From Octopus bimaculoides (taxonomy: Eukaryota): a DNA stretch of 64,000 nt. Below, piece after piece: positions 25,122 through 39,179 of the stretch (the stretch's first letter is position 1; each line of letters opens with the position of its first letter). The notes beneath the pieces were generated by a model. It saw only the letters and a list, made by a program, of their open reading frames with translations, was not told where the DNA came from and searched no databases. Position numbers and translations under genes: made by a program. The stretch is taken from the NCBI RefSeq assembly GCF_001194135.2, contig NC_068984.1, positions 28,169,768-28,233,767 on the forward strand, read 5' to 3'.

Positions 25122-25904
25122 TTGTGTGTGAGGGGATATATGTTTGTGTCTCCTCGTTTTGACATCATGCGATTGTTGTACATAAATGTAATCCATTTCC
25201 AATTTTCTGCAAAAACATGTCTGGCCAAGAGAAACCATTACTTTGCTCGCTGACAGGTAAAGATTATGAACAGGAAGGTCATGTGACCATAAAAGATTCA
25301 CTTCCATGAGTTCCACCCAACGCATGCAAGCACTGAAAAATGGATGTTAAATGATGGTGATGATGATGATGATGATGATGATGGTGATAATAATGATGAT
25401 AGTGATGATGATGATAATGATGATGATGTTGTTGTTGATGATGATGATGATGATGAGGATGACGATGATGATGATGATGATGATGACGACGACGACGACG
25501 ACGACGATGATGATGATGATGATGATGATTAATCTTGGATTGAAATCTCCATTCAATCTGGCTGTATGGAATGAATTAATTATCTGCCAACACAGCTGAT
25601 TTTTTTTCAAGTTCACAATTGAGCCAAAAGGCTAAATTGATTTGTCGTTATATTTCATCTTAGTTAATGTAGTATTATTAAATCTTTACTATCTACTTCA
25701 AGAAAATTAAATATTTGTTTCTTGTGCATTAACAAAACAGCAAATATTAATACTCTCCAGGCTATGCATTTTTCTTGATGTACAGGCTTGACATATCTAT
25801 AAGAACATTCTATTTTCTTAGAGTATACAGAATGGAAATTAGATGAAACATGATATAATTTTAATAATGTATATTTAAAACATCTGGTACAAATTTCAGG
25901 AATG

Positions 25905-26545
25905 TCTGTGTGGTAAGTAGCTTGCTTACCAACCACATGGTTCCAGGTTCAGTCCCACTATGTAGCATCTTGGGCAAGTATCTTCTACTATAGTGTCAGG
26001 CTGCTCAAAGCTTTATAAGTGGATTTGGTAGACGGAAACTGAAAGAAGCCCATCATATCCTCATCATCATTTAACGACCGCCTTCCATGCTAGCATGGGT
26101 TGGACGATTTGACTGGGGACTGGCGAACCAGATGGCTACACCAGACTCCAATCTGATCTAGCAGAGTTTCTACAGCTGGATGCCCTTCCTAACGCCAACC
26201 ATTCCGAGAGTGTAGTGGGTGTGTTTTACGTGCCACTGGCACGAGGGCCAGTCTGGCGATACTGGCAACAGCAACGCTCATATATATATGTATATATATA
26301 TATATACATATCATCATTATCATCATCATCATCATCGTTTAACGTCCGCTCTCCATGCTAGCATGTGTTGGATGATTTGACTGAGGACTAGTGAGCCAGA
26401 GGCTGCACCAGGCTCAATCTGATCTGGCAAGGTTTCTACAGCTGGATGCCCTTCCTAACACCAACCACTCCAAGGGTGTAGAGGGTGCTTTTACGTGCTA
26501 CCTGCACAGGAGCCACTCCAGTGGCACTGGCAACGACTGCGCTCG
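25905..26545. mobile_element. SINE A head (+) followed by two tandem RTE 3'-end copies (-)
   Basis: 25905-26055 is a SINE A head. 26063-26280 and 26320-26545 each begin CATCAT..TTTAACG..CCATGCTAGCATG. Confidence 0.85.
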
Positions 26546-26558
26546 AATGTTGTTTATA

Positions 26559-26604
<46 letters not shown>

Positions 26605-27481
26605 TATGCACGTATGCATATGCATGTGTGTGTATGCTTATGTGTCTGTGTTCCCCACTCCCAACAACTGATGCTGGTGTGCCCATTTCCCCGCAACTTA
26701 GCAGTTTGGCAAAAGAGCCCGATAGAATAAGTACTAGGATTACAAAGAATAAGTTCTGAGGTTGATTTGTTCAATTAAAGGTGGTGCTCCAGAATGGCCG
26801 CAGTGAAATGACTGAAACAAATAAAAGAATAAAAGAATTAGATAGGAGTTATGCAGTTATAGCCAGAAAACCTTAAGAAGTAATTGATTCTTTGTCAATA
26901 CTACCTATGTTGTTTATTCCCAAGTGGGCCCTATTTGACTAACCTATTATCAAAGATATAAAAGACATGGTTTACTCATTGTTTTCTGAGTAATAGGGTA
27001 CCCAGAGATACATTACCTAATGTGTCTTTTTGTAAGACATAGGGTAGGGTTTGGGGACAAGTTGTCTTCTATTTCTATGAAGTTAAATGACAATGTAGAG
27101 GCCCTCTCTTTCGCTATGCATGTATTTGGAAGAGGAGGAAGAGATATTACATAAATAAAGAGAAAAGAACAGAATCGCATCCAATCCCTTTATAGAGGCA
27201 GCTGAGCTGAGAGGATTTTGACTGAATTTAATGCAAACAAGAATATTGATTATTGAATTGTTTACTAATAGATTGTTATATATTTTGATTCTGAGCAATT
27301 CATAGGAAACATAATTCAAAACTTCATTATTGTTTAGCTCCAGGTCAGTCTAACCTGAGTTGGTCAAAGATCAAAGGCATTCTTACTATAATTTTCTTAA
27401 TATTTTCCCTAGGCATAGTTCATCCAGGAACACATCATCGTCGTCGTCGTCGTCGTCGGCGGCGTCGTCGGCGTCATCGTT

Positions 27482-27518
<37 letters not shown>

Positions 27519-27594
27519 TCATCATCATCATCATCTAATGCCCGCTTTTCATGCTGGCATTTTTTCCTAGGCTTAGTTCATCCAGGAACACAAT

Positions 27595-27855
27595 ATCATC
27601 ATCATCATTGTCATTTAATGTCCATTTTCCAAGCTGGCATGGGTTGGATGGCTTGACTAAGAACTAGTAAACTGAGGAGCTGCACCATGTTCCCTCTGAT
27701 TTGGCATGGTTTCTACACCTGAATGCTTCCTAATGCCAACCACTCCAAGAGTGTGGTGGGTGCTTTATATGTGCCACCAGCATGGGTGCCAGTCATGCAA
27801 CGCCAGCATTGGCCATGACTATGATCTCACTTGGCTTGACAGGTCTTCTCAAGAG
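27595..27855 (-). mobile_element. Degenerate RTE 3'-UTR element
   Basis: CATCAT..TTTAATGTCCATTTTCCAAGCTGGCATGGGTTGGATGG...CCTAATGCCAACCACTCC. Confidence 0.75.
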
Positions 27856-28089
27856 CACTTTGTCTAATATTATTTTGAATGAAAATTGTTTCTATTTCTA
27901 GCAGGTTTAGTGACCATATAGGGGCTTTGTGTTGACTCATATCACTGTATCAACCAGACTATCAGATGTTGTTATACAATGCTGGTCTGAACGCACTTCT
28001 TTGCATTGTTGTAGCATTGAAATGATGTTAACCTGCCGGCTAGCTGGGCAAGTGTAGAGTGTAAAGTGTGAAGTTACCGAGATCATGAC

Positions 28090-28260
28090 ATTCCCTCCAA
28101 GCAGGATACCATTCTATCACAAGGCAATTCATCTACAGCTGAGTGGACTGGAGCAATATGAAATGGAGTGTATTGCTTAAGAACACAACACACCACCCGA
28201 TTCAGGACATAATCTTGTAATTGTGAATGTAACTACCTAACCACTAGACCACACATTTTT
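28090..28260 (-). mobile_element. Degenerate SINE, a further family (related sequence at about 39350-39550)
   Basis: GCTGAGTGGACTGGAGCAATATGAAATGGAGTGTATTGCTTAAGAACACAAC...CTAACCACTAGACCACAC. Confidence 0.55.
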
Positions 28261-29190
28261 CATATTCATGTGATGATTAAGATGGAAAGCAATAGAAATT
28301 TTTCTCCATCGGAACTACTGAGTGTTGCTTTTGAAGGAGCATTTGGATTGCAATTTCATGAAGTGGTAAAGAAAACAATTGTTCCTTATAAGAATTCATA
28401 GGAAATTCATTAGATGGTAGTTTCAGTGTCAAATTTTAATTTGGAAAAATTTTCTGCACCAAACATATTTCATGTAATTTCTTCAACCTGAGAATTTAGT
28501 ATGTGGTCAGTGTTGTTGATGTTGTTTTTAGCTCCAGGTCAACCTTTATCATGTAGACTTGTGATCAAAAACATTCCAGTTGTCTTCCTGTCTTTTTAGA
28601 GGTATGGGTATTTAGAACTACACTTTCTTATTTATCCTACTCTTCTTTTGAGACAATAGACTGTGATTTGAGAGATATTTGACCATTATTTCTGGCAGAC
28701 AGATTAACCACAAAAAGATCCCTTCATTGATTCATGAGGCAAGGGGTTGATGCAGTGGGCTTGCCTGCATAATCCTATGATCATTTATGTAAGAGTTTGA
28801 AAGAAATTAACTGAAGTCCATCTTAGCTTAGACCAGAAATATCGGGCATACTAGACTGTTTGAGCTTGATAATGCAAACTTACAGAACACTCCTCAATGT
28901 TGCAGTACTCTTAATAGCTTTTACACTAATCTAATGCATTTAATATATATTTACAGCTGCTGGACTTGCACCAAAATTTGAAACCAATATATCTCTCTTT
29001 TAGTCTTTTACTTGTTTCAGTCATTTGACTGCGGCCATGCTGGAGCACCGCCTTTAGTCAAGAAAATCAACCCCAGGACTTATTCTTTATAAGCCTAGTA
29101 CTTATTCTATCGGTCTCTTTTTGCTGAACCACTAAGTTATGGGGACATAAACACACCAGCATTGGTTGTCAAGTGATGGTGGGGGGAGAA

Positions 29191-29235
<45 letters not shown>

Positions 29236-30630
29236 NNNNNNNNNNNNNNNNNNNNNNNNNNNNNNNNNNNNNNNNNNNNNNNNNNNNNNNNNNNNNNNNN
29301 NNNNNNNNNNNNNNNNNNNNNNNNNNNNNNNNNNNNNNNNNNNNNNNNNNNNNNNNNNNNNNNNNNNNNNNNNNNNNNNNNNNNNNNNNNNNNNNNNNNN
29401 NNNNNNNNNNNNNNNNNNNNNNNNNNNNNNNNNNNNNNNNNNNNNNNNNNNNNNNNNNNNNNNNNNNNNNNNNNNNNNNNNNNNNNNNNNNNNNNNNNNN
29501 NNNNNNNNNNNNNNNNNNNNNNNNNNNNNNNNNNNNNNNNNNNNNNNNNNNNNNNNNNNNNNNNNNNNNNNNNNNNNNNNNNNNNNNNNNNNNNNNNNNN
29601 NNNNNNNNNNNNNNNNNNNNNNNNNNNNNNNNNNNNNNNNNNNNNNNNNNNNNNNNNNNNNNNNNNNNNNNNNNNNNNNNNNNNNNNNNNNNNNNNNNNN
29701 NNNNNNNNNNNNNNNNNNNNNNNNNNNNNNNNNNNNNNNNNNNNNNNNNNNNNNNNNNNNNNNNNNNNNNNNNNNNNNNNNNNNNNNNNNNNNNNNNNNN
29801 NNNNNNNNNNNNNNNNNNNNNNNNNNNNNNNNNNNNNNNNNNNNNNNNNNNNNNNNNNNNNNNNNNNNNNNNNNNNNNNNNNNNNNNNNNNNNNNNNNNN
29901 NNNNNNNNNNNNNNNNNNNNNNNNNNNNNNNNNNNNNNNNNNNNNNNNNNNNNNNNNNNNNNNNNNNNNNNNNNNNNNNNNNNNNNNNNNNNNNNNNNNN
30001 AGAAGAAGAAGAAGAAGAAGAAGAAGAAGAAGAAGAAGAAGAAGAAGAAGAAAGGAAAAAAGGAGATGATCATGATCAATATTTATGTATATTGAAATCT
30101 CTTTGATGGTGGAAAAGAGAGAATTTAGTTGTAGAGTTGCAAAAGAGTTTCCCTCCTCCTCCTCCTCCTCCTCTGTCCACCACCACAATCATCGTTGCTG
30201 CTGCTTCTGCTACTGTTGTTACTACTACTACTACTACTACTACTACTAATACTACTACTACTATTACTACTACTGCTACTATTACTACTATAATTTCTTT
30301 CATATGTAGGATACATTATAGTGATATAAATAAACTCCAGTATGATAGACTATTGCAGTTTCATCATCCCCAGGTGGATTAAAGGTAGAAAACAAAAACA
30401 TTTTGGTAACATTTGAACTCAGACTGTAAAAGGTCACAATTAAATACCACATAGCATTATAGTGCATGCTCCAAATAAATAAAAACAAAAGTGACACTAA
30501 CAAGTGCGTTTGCACTGAAATATAGATTTACTTTATTCGTGAGTAACACAACAAGAGAAGAATTAATTTCAGGTGGCAGTAGCATTGCATCAGCGCCAAA
30601 GTCTGCAAGACATAGACATATGTTCAAGCC

Positions 30631-30795
30631 TATTCTTTTACTCTTTTACTTGTTTCAGTCGTTTGACTGTGGCCATGCTGAAGCATTGCCTCTTAGTCAA
30701 AGAAATCAACCCCAGGACTTATTCTTTGTAAGCTTGGTACTTATTCTATCGGTCTCTTTTGCCGAACTNNNNNNNNNNAAACACAGACACACAAA

Positions 30796-30829
<34 letters not shown>

Positions 30830-31008
30830 TATGTATACATATATAAGACGAGCTTCTTTCAGCTTCCGTCTACCAAATCCACTCACAAGGCTTTGGTCAG
30901 CCTAAGGCTATAGTAGAAGATACCTACCCAAGATGCCATACTGTGCAACTGAACCCAGAACCATGTGGTTGGGAAGCAGGCTTCTTACCGCTCAGCTGCT
31001 CCTGCACT
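30631..31008 (-). mobile_element. Full-length SINE family A
   Basis: Tail CTTTTACTCTTTTACTTGTTTCAG, an internal (CA)n tract, and head ...GCTCCTGCAC. Confidence 0.9.
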
Positions 31009-33313
31009 AGGAGTGGGTAGCCACAGCAAGACACACATCAGGCATTCCATTCATTTCCCAGCTCAGATAGACAGACACTCCAATCGAAAGATGAAGAGAT
31101 AATATTTTGTTTGGCTATCAGATATTATATTAAACAATTATAGTTTATGTTAATAGATTCCTGATTCAAAGCACTATATACAATTAATTAGGAAAGAAAA
31201 GAGAAAAAAAAAACAGAACTTAAAACTAAAACGTTGAATATTGCACGTAAACATTTAGGTACTAACATCAATCAGACAGACAAAAAATATAGTATTATTA
31301 AATTTAACTACTTTGTACAACATGCCTGTTATTAAAAAAGCAGTAAAATAAAAGATTAGATGAAAAAGAAGTATTAAATATTGATCCTGTAAAGAAAAAA
31401 GAGATGGTTTGATAAAGCAAAAAACGTTAAATAAATCTTGTACAAGTGGGTACTGTTTAGTTCTTCTTCCTTAGTATATGATTTGATCATTATCTACTTG
31501 GTGTTTTATTTCTTATTGCCTAGTTTTGATAGACGTAGTAATTTGAGCTAATTACCACTGATTATTAAATTTTTGACTGTGAGGAGTTTCCCCGAGTGGC
31601 TGTGTGGTTAAGAAGCAGGCTTCAGGATAATGTTATTTTTGGTTTGATATCACTTGTATAGAACCTTAGCCAAGAGACTTTTACCATAACCTTGAAATGG
31701 CAAATAACTTGTGAATGGAATTTGTAGACAAGAGACTCTGCAAAAGCCTGTTGCGTGTATAACTTGTGTAAAATTGTGTGATTGTGTAAAACAGAGTGTG
31801 AGATAGAATGCCTTCCATCAATTGTTCTGATGCTCTGTGCTCTGAGTTCAAATCCTAACAACTGAAAAGAATTTTCCTCCTCCTCTTCCTATCATCATCA
31901 TCATCATCATCGTCACCATCCTCCTCCTCTCCTCTCGCTTCTTCTTCTTTTTCTTCTTCTTCTCCTTCTTCCTCCTCCTTCATCTTTTACCACCATCCCA
32001 CACCACCGCTGCCACATTGCCTACCACCATCTCCACCACTACTAGAACCATCCCCAACACCACCGTTTTTTGCAATTTCAGTATTGGTAAAAATGTACCA
32101 ATCCAGGTGGCAGACAGGTGGAACTGTAATAAAAACATCAGATGACTGGATACCTTGTGGTATTTGTTCTGGCTCAGTGTTCTGAGTTCATATCCCACCA
32201 TGGTCTACTGAGACAGCAGACTTGATCTGCAGCCTATTTAAAACCAGCACCAGGCATCTGGGATGCCTTTAGCAGAGTACACCCTGTTGCAAGCATTTGT
32301 ACAGGGTCTATGGTTTCAGAGTACCTTCCCCCTTGCTCCTTACCAATCCTAGAAGTTCTGTAAAGAGTCATGTGCATAGAATTCTTTCTGGGCTCTGCAG
32401 TTTGATATACAAAATAATATTTTAAATGGAAAAGACAACCATTACATAAAACATCATTCCTTCATAAATTTAAGTGTGTAATTACATAATTGTTATATAT
32501 TTTGCAATTCTTTTGTTATATCAAACCATGGTTTTATTCTATCATTATTTCTTTGCAATTCAGAAGTTATTTGAACAAGTTCATTTGATATAACAGGAAA
32601 TGACAGACTGGCTACTTAAAGTTTGAACTTAGATTTTATCTTAGTAGATATGTAATCAGATCTGAAATTGAAAACATCAATCACTGTGCCTAATTTCAGC
32701 ATCATTTCAATTGAACCTCTACACAAAATTTGAAACTTTAGCAAAATGGCCGACACACTGAATATGAACTATCAAAGTAAAATATTACACAATAAGAAAT
32801 AAAGTAGTGAAAAAACGTTAAAGCAAGAAGATGTGTCTTTTGGCAAATGTGAAAGAAGAGAAGATAACACATTCTTTGTGACAAGTCAAAGTATATTTTT
32901 CATTTTTTTTTTTTTTTTTCACTTTCTTTGCACCTTGAAGTAAAAGAAATTTTCTTTTCTTCCAGACAGAATGGATGTTACCTACTGTAATATTTTTAAA
33001 GTGGGGTTAAAGTTTATTAGATATTCGTGAGTTATAATCTAGGATTAATGTTTCAGATTTAGAAGAGGAGAAATGTTTAAATTCAAACATGAAACTGACT
33101 TTAAGATTCTATTTATATATAAAATATAAAGGATAAAGGTTACCTGTTAGGTTGTTGGAACAGAGTGTGAAGTTTATGAAAATAGTGGAAATGATGCTAC
33201 ATTTTCGTTAACTACTTCTATTAGAATGATTGGACATAAGTAACATTATAAACTTCATGACTTATGTGTATGTATGTATATATGTATGCATGTACTTATG
33301 TATGTATGTGTGT

Positions 33314-33867
33314 CATTATTCAGTTTATTTCAAGATTTCTTGCCAAGATCCAAGGTTCCTTCATTGGAATTTCAACATCAACAACAGGATATTTTTGTAT
33401 GTATGTATGTATGTATGTATGTATGTATGTATATCATTATTCAGTTTATTTCAAGATTTCTTGCCAATAGAGAAAGAACCGGTTTCTAACTTAGATCCAA
33501 GGTTCCTTCACTGGAATTTCAACACCAACAACAGGGTTTTTTTGTTTGTATGTATGTATGTATGTATGTATGTATGTGCAGATTTGTATGTATGTGCAGA
33601 TCTGTATGTTCTTTGTATGTATTCTCATGCATATAGTTGCATATCTAGACAAGCTCATATATATTTAAATGATAAACTTCTGGAAAGTTTTACAGATTTT
33701 TACAGTTCCAGTGATGGCTTGGCTCTGTAGTCTTCAAATTAGCTTTCTCCTTTCTGGTTTTGAGAAGCCTAATTTCTAAAGATTGGTATTTAGGCAGTGT
33801 GTTACATATCCCAGAGCCCCAATAATTACAGGTATTAACTGCAGATTTCTCAATAGTTCAGCGTAGG
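33314..33867 (-). mobile_element. R4-clade-like (restriction-like endonuclease) LINE 3' end with a duplicated terminus in (ATAC)n
   Basis: Minus-strand peptide YAELLRNLQL/IPVIIGALGYVTHCLNTNL*KLGFSKPERRKLI*RLQSQAITGTVKICKTFQKFII* (stop 33665-33667). The 3' terminal module is present twice (33435-33546 and 33314-33396), each followed by (ATAC)n on the minus strand. Confidence 0.65.
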
Positions 33868-34283
33868 TGTTCTCTGTATCTATGTATGTGTGTATATATT
33901 TTTGTATTTATGCTTGTATGTATATTTATGCATGTGTGTATGATGTATCTGCGTATGTATGTGTGTATATATGTATTTTTGCATATACGTATGTATGTGC
34001 ATTTGTTTGTATGTATTTATGTGGGTGTGTGCATGTGTGTGTATGTGTGTGTGTTTGTGTGTGTGTGTGTATTAAGTGTGTATCTTTTATCTTATACTTG
34101 TTGCAGTCATTAGATTGTGGCCATGCTGGGGTACTGCCTTGAAGAATTTCAGTCAAACACATTAACTCCAGTACTTTCATTGTTTAAGGCTAGTATTTAT
34201 TCTATCAATCTCTTTTGCTGAACCACTAAGTTATGGGGATGTAACCTCCACGGTACCAGTTGTTGAGTGATGGTGGTGGAGAA

Positions 34284-34338
<55 letters not shown>

Positions 34339-34561
34339 AATATGAATGTATGTATGTATGTATGTGCCCCAGATTACTAACTATAACTATGGAAATAATG
34401 GTTTCTGAGTTTTAGTTCATTCTGTGTTGTTAAAAAGTTTACCACCCAACCATATTTTGGGGATCAGTACCGCAGTGCCTTCTACTATAGCTTGGGCTGA
34501 ACAATGCCATGTGGGTGAATTTGGAAGACAAAAAATGAACGCTCCTCACACACACACACAA

Positions 34562-34601
<40 letters not shown>

Positions 34602-35236
34602 TTAAGGAATGGAGAAAACGTATGTTATAATTGCATACTTTATTCCTACATATGTTTCAAAGGATTACAAGCTTTGTGATCCATAGGGATCTGTGATATT
34701 AAAATTGTAACCTTCTCATCAGGGAAAGCATGGGAATCATCTTAAACGTAAGAATTTTTTATTNNNNNNNNNNNNNNNNNNNNNNNNNNNNNNNNNNNNN
34801 NNNNNNNNNNNNNNNNNNNNNNNNNNNNNNNNNNNNNNNNNNNNNNNNNNNNNNNNNNNNNNNNNNNNNNNNNNNNNNNNNNNNNNNNNNNNNNNNNNNN
34901 NNNNNNNNNNNNNNNNNNNNNNNNNNNNNNNNNNNNNNNNNNNNNNNNNNNNNNNNNNNNNNNNNNNNNNNNNNNNNNNNNNNNNNNNNNNNNNNNNNNN
35001 NNNNNNNNNNNNNNNNNNNNNNNNNNNNNNNNNNNNNNNNNNNNNNNNNNNNNNNNNNNNNNNNNNNNNNNNNNNNNNNNNNNNNNNNNNNNNNNNNNNN
35101 NNNNNNNNNNNNNNNNNNNNNNNNNNNNNNNNNNNNNNNNNNNNNNNNNNNNNNNNNNNNNNNNNNNNNNNNNNNNNNNNNNNNNNNNNNNNNNNNNNNN
35201 NNNNNNNNNNNNNNNNNNNNNNNNNNNNNNNNNNNN

Positions 35237-35269
<33 letters not shown>

Positions 35270-35908
35270 TCTCTCTCTCTCTCTCTTTTTTCTCTCTTAT
35301 CTTGTCTCCAAATCTTTTCCTCTCCTCTTCACAGTTTTCTGTCTGTCACTCTCTCTCCCTCACTCTTCCTTCTTTGGTCACGTGGCCCCCACGTGACCAC
35401 TGGCTATTCTCCTAACTTGTGTTTCTTTCTTCCTTCCTGTTTCAGCTCGACAGGGAAGACATATTGCTCCCTGTCTCCTGTCCAGGCTTGTTTCTTTGCG
35501 TTCGCCACTACAACCTCGTTTAGGCTTACCAGCCCTTCCTGTTTGTTTTCACTGTCCTGTTTTTTGTCACCATCTTGACCCTCTGCAAGATCAAAATTTT
35601 ATTTAATTTGCTTTGCAGGAGCAACTGTTTTATTGAAGGTGTATCTTGTCATGAATTTCTTGAAATACAGACTAGAAAAACAGCTAACAACTGATGAAGG
35701 GTCGTTCCTTGTGTTACTTGTCTTGTTTTCCATTTGTTTCTTTCATTGCTTGCAAAAAAAATCCTTATTCCATGTCCTCGTACTTTGTATTATTTGTTGT
35801 TTATGTTTTGTGACATCCTGTGCCTACATATGCATATGTATATACTTAAACATGTAAGTATGTACGTATATATATGTATATATGCATATATAAATGTATT
35901 ATTTATAT

Positions 35909-35956
<48 letters not shown>

Positions 35957-36044
35957 TTCTCTAAGGCTTTTAAAATGTCCCTATACTAGAAATAGTAATA
36001 ATGATTTAATAGCCTTGAGCAACACAATGATATCTACTTCAATA

Positions 36045-36375
36045 TTCCTGGAGGTTATGGACATGGTATGAGAAATGAAGAGGAAACAAAACTCTTGAAG
36101 TTTTGAGATGGAAGTACCCTAACCGATTGCAGTATTATCTTCAGTAAACCAGCCAGTCTATTGATCACATACCAATCAGGTGAAGGTGCAAACGTGATAG
36201 ACTGCATATTCATCAGGAAGAGTATTGGAAACTGTTTGTAAGAACTTGGTATTTCTTCAATGAAGAATTTATTAGAACATAGACTAGTGATCAGCAATTT
36301 CAGGTTAATTGCTAGACAGATTAAAATGACATGTGACAACCTGGTAAAGAAAATATGGAAGAAGAAAACCCCCAG
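36045..36375 (+). mobile_element. RTE LINE APE-endonuclease relic
   Basis: GHGMRNEEETKLLKF*DGSTLTDCSIIFSKPASLLITYQSGEGANVIDCIFIR...EHRLVISNFR (cf. GxRNxEGxxLLEFC..TYxSG..SQIDYIL..QHRLV). Confidence 0.75.
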
Positions 36376-37252
36376 GTTGGAACTGAATTTAAAGAAGTAC
36401 TGGTGCTTATGTATGGTGAGAATAAGAGGATAATTTGTATGGGACCAAACTACTGTCTGTCACAGACTTATATTTTGTGAATAAAATTTGATAGAGACCA
36501 ATTGCAAAGAAACCTGTCATTTATATGTATGCAAGGATGTATGTATAAGATTATTCAGAATGTGAAACTAAGAAACTATAATGGCTCTGCCAAAGCCATT
36601 TGTTCTCACCCATCTGGATTATTACTTTAAAATATGCTCACCATAGCATTAAATCAATGGTAGATTTTGAAGCAATCTAATACTGCTAAAATAAGAAGAT
36701 GCAACAAGGATACTAAGAGAGGTTGAATGAATTATGGTTCTGGTTCCTGAAGTGAAGAGAGGAAAAATCTGCAGAAGAGAGGGAAAATCTATAGAAGATT
36801 TTGAAAGGTCTACTAAACAAACTTTGGAGTTATGAGCTATAGTAATATCTGAACTAGACATCACAGCATAGTGACAAAAGTCCCACACATGCTATCTAGA
36901 GTTAAAACTAAACACTACTATAGGTTAGGGGTTAAAAGCTCATTGGTTTTTTACTATAGTACCAAAGAACTAAGGATGCTATATAAAGTAATAAAGATCT
37001 AAAGGTATTAAAAAGAAAACCCAGACGTTTTACTGTCTCAAATATGGATGAACTTATGTTGTGGCAAGAAACAAACACGAAGGAAGCAATATCAAACTTC
37101 GTCATTCACCAAACATCAACAACACAGAAGGAATGGGTGCAGCAACAATAATGTCAGAGTCTTGGCATACCTGCATCCCTCCATTTGGAACTAGTAAAAG
37201 AGCTGCATATGCTTATCAAGACAGACAGACAGACAAACAAATAGATAGATAA

Positions 37253-37295
<43 letters not shown>

Positions 37296-37737
37296 CATAC
37301 ATACATACATACATACATACATACATAAATACATACATGCATACATATGCATATACAAATATATATATATACATATATATGTATNNNNNNNNNNNNNNNN
37401 NNNNNNNNNNNNNNNNNNNNNNNNNNNNNNNNNNNNNNNNNNNNNNNNNNNNNNNNNNNNNNNNNNNNNNNNNNNNNNNNNNNNNNNNNNNNNNNNNNNN
37501 NNNNNNNNNNNNNNNNNNNNNNNNNNNNNNNNNNNNNNNNNNNNNNNNNNNNNNNNNNNNNNNNNNNNNNNNNNNNNNNNNNNNNNNNNNNNNNNNNNNN
37601 NNNNNNNNNNNNNNNNNNNNNNNNNNNNNNNNNNNNNNNNNNNNNNNNNNNNNNNNNNNNNNNNNNNNNNNNNNNNNNNNNNNNNNNNNNNNNNNNNNNN
37701 NNNNNNNNNNNNNNNNNNNNNNNNNNNNNNNNNNNNN

Positions 37738-37768
<31 letters not shown>

Positions 37769-37842
37769 CATATACATATATGAACAGTTATTTATGCCTT
37801 TATAAGCATATATAAAAATACATGTGATGATCATGATAAGAT

Positions 37843-37881
<39 letters not shown>

Positions 37882-38261
37882 TATGTATGTATCTGTGTTT
37901 GAACAATATGTTGAACAATGCATTGAACAATACATATAAACATACCAAGGGACAACACTGTGTTTCACAGTTCTACTCTGCTCCTCTTCAGGCCTCCTAT
38001 TTCTGCTTGCTTTCATTCATTTTCTTTCAATTTTCTTTTCTCTTTTTATTTATTTTTTTATTTTATTTATTATTCATTTTTTTTTCCAGTTTCAGCTTGT
38101 GCACAAAGAGACAAGAGGCCTAAAAAGCAGTATGAGACTGTAAAATTCATAGTAGTCTTTGCAGTGTGTTCACTTGTATTGCTTAATGTATACAAATACA
38201 TTATTCAACATCTATATTATATACTATAATTTTGATATTTTTATTATGTTTCTCTCTCTAT

Positions 38262-38341
<80 letters not shown>

Positions 38342-38454
38342 ACACACACACACATACACACACACATACATTAATGTTTATTTTTATGTTGAGTCATAAT
38401 AAGAACAATTTTATATTAAACTGCAAGATTGTTCAATACTCTCTATAAAGTACA

Positions 38455-38640
38455 TACTTTTTCGTTTACATCTTTTAGTCATTTGACTGTGGCCATGCTG
38501 AAGTACTGCCTTGAAGAGTTTTAGTCTAAGACTTATTCTTTGTAATCCTTGTACTTATTCTATTTGGTACCATGCAGTGGGATTGAACCCAAAACCATGT
38601 GGTAAGGAAGCAAACGTCTTACCTCACAGTCACGCCTACA
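38455..38640 (-). mobile_element. Internally deleted SINE family A
   Basis: The tail segment GTCATTTGACTGTGGCCATGCTG is joined directly to the head segment GGTACCATGCAGTGGGATTGAACCC. Confidence 0.75.
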
Positions 38641-38924
38641 GATACTTATCACTTTTTCCACAAGAATAGTGTTGACAGCAACTTCAAACTTTCAACCTTC
38701 TTAACCTTCATTGAACAGTCTAATGAAGGCTAAACAGGGTGAAACCTTGAATTCACTGTCAGTACTATTCTTGCTAAAGAATAATACACACACACACACA
38801 TACACATACACATGTGCACGCACACACGCACACACACACAGAGAAATAGAGTCACACGCGTGCATATGAACNNNNNNNNNNNNNNNNNNNNNNNNNNNNN
38901 NNACACATACACATGTGCACGCAC

Positions 38925-38975
<51 letters not shown>

Positions 38976-39179
38976 AGGTTATGAAGGGTATTAGATTCAA
39001 CCAAACCCAAAGATACAGGTAATACCAAGTAAGTGCTGTATACCGTCTAGTTTTGCCCCTTTCGTTGTATAAACATGAGTGGGGAATATAACATAAGTCG
39101 TGTATTAGCATGTGTATGTATAAAGAGAGAAAAGGATAAAGAGACCAATGGCAAAGTTAGAAATATATTTTATGGATAG

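Noticed and set aside
35691-35715. Third hammerhead candidate CTGATGA-AGG-GTCGTT-CCT
   Set aside because: No GAAA or stem III follows; at most a broken remnant.
36400-37220. Possible R4-like RT relic on the plus strand
   Set aside because: Only faint motif echoes (RPIA, KSPH-like); too decayed to call.
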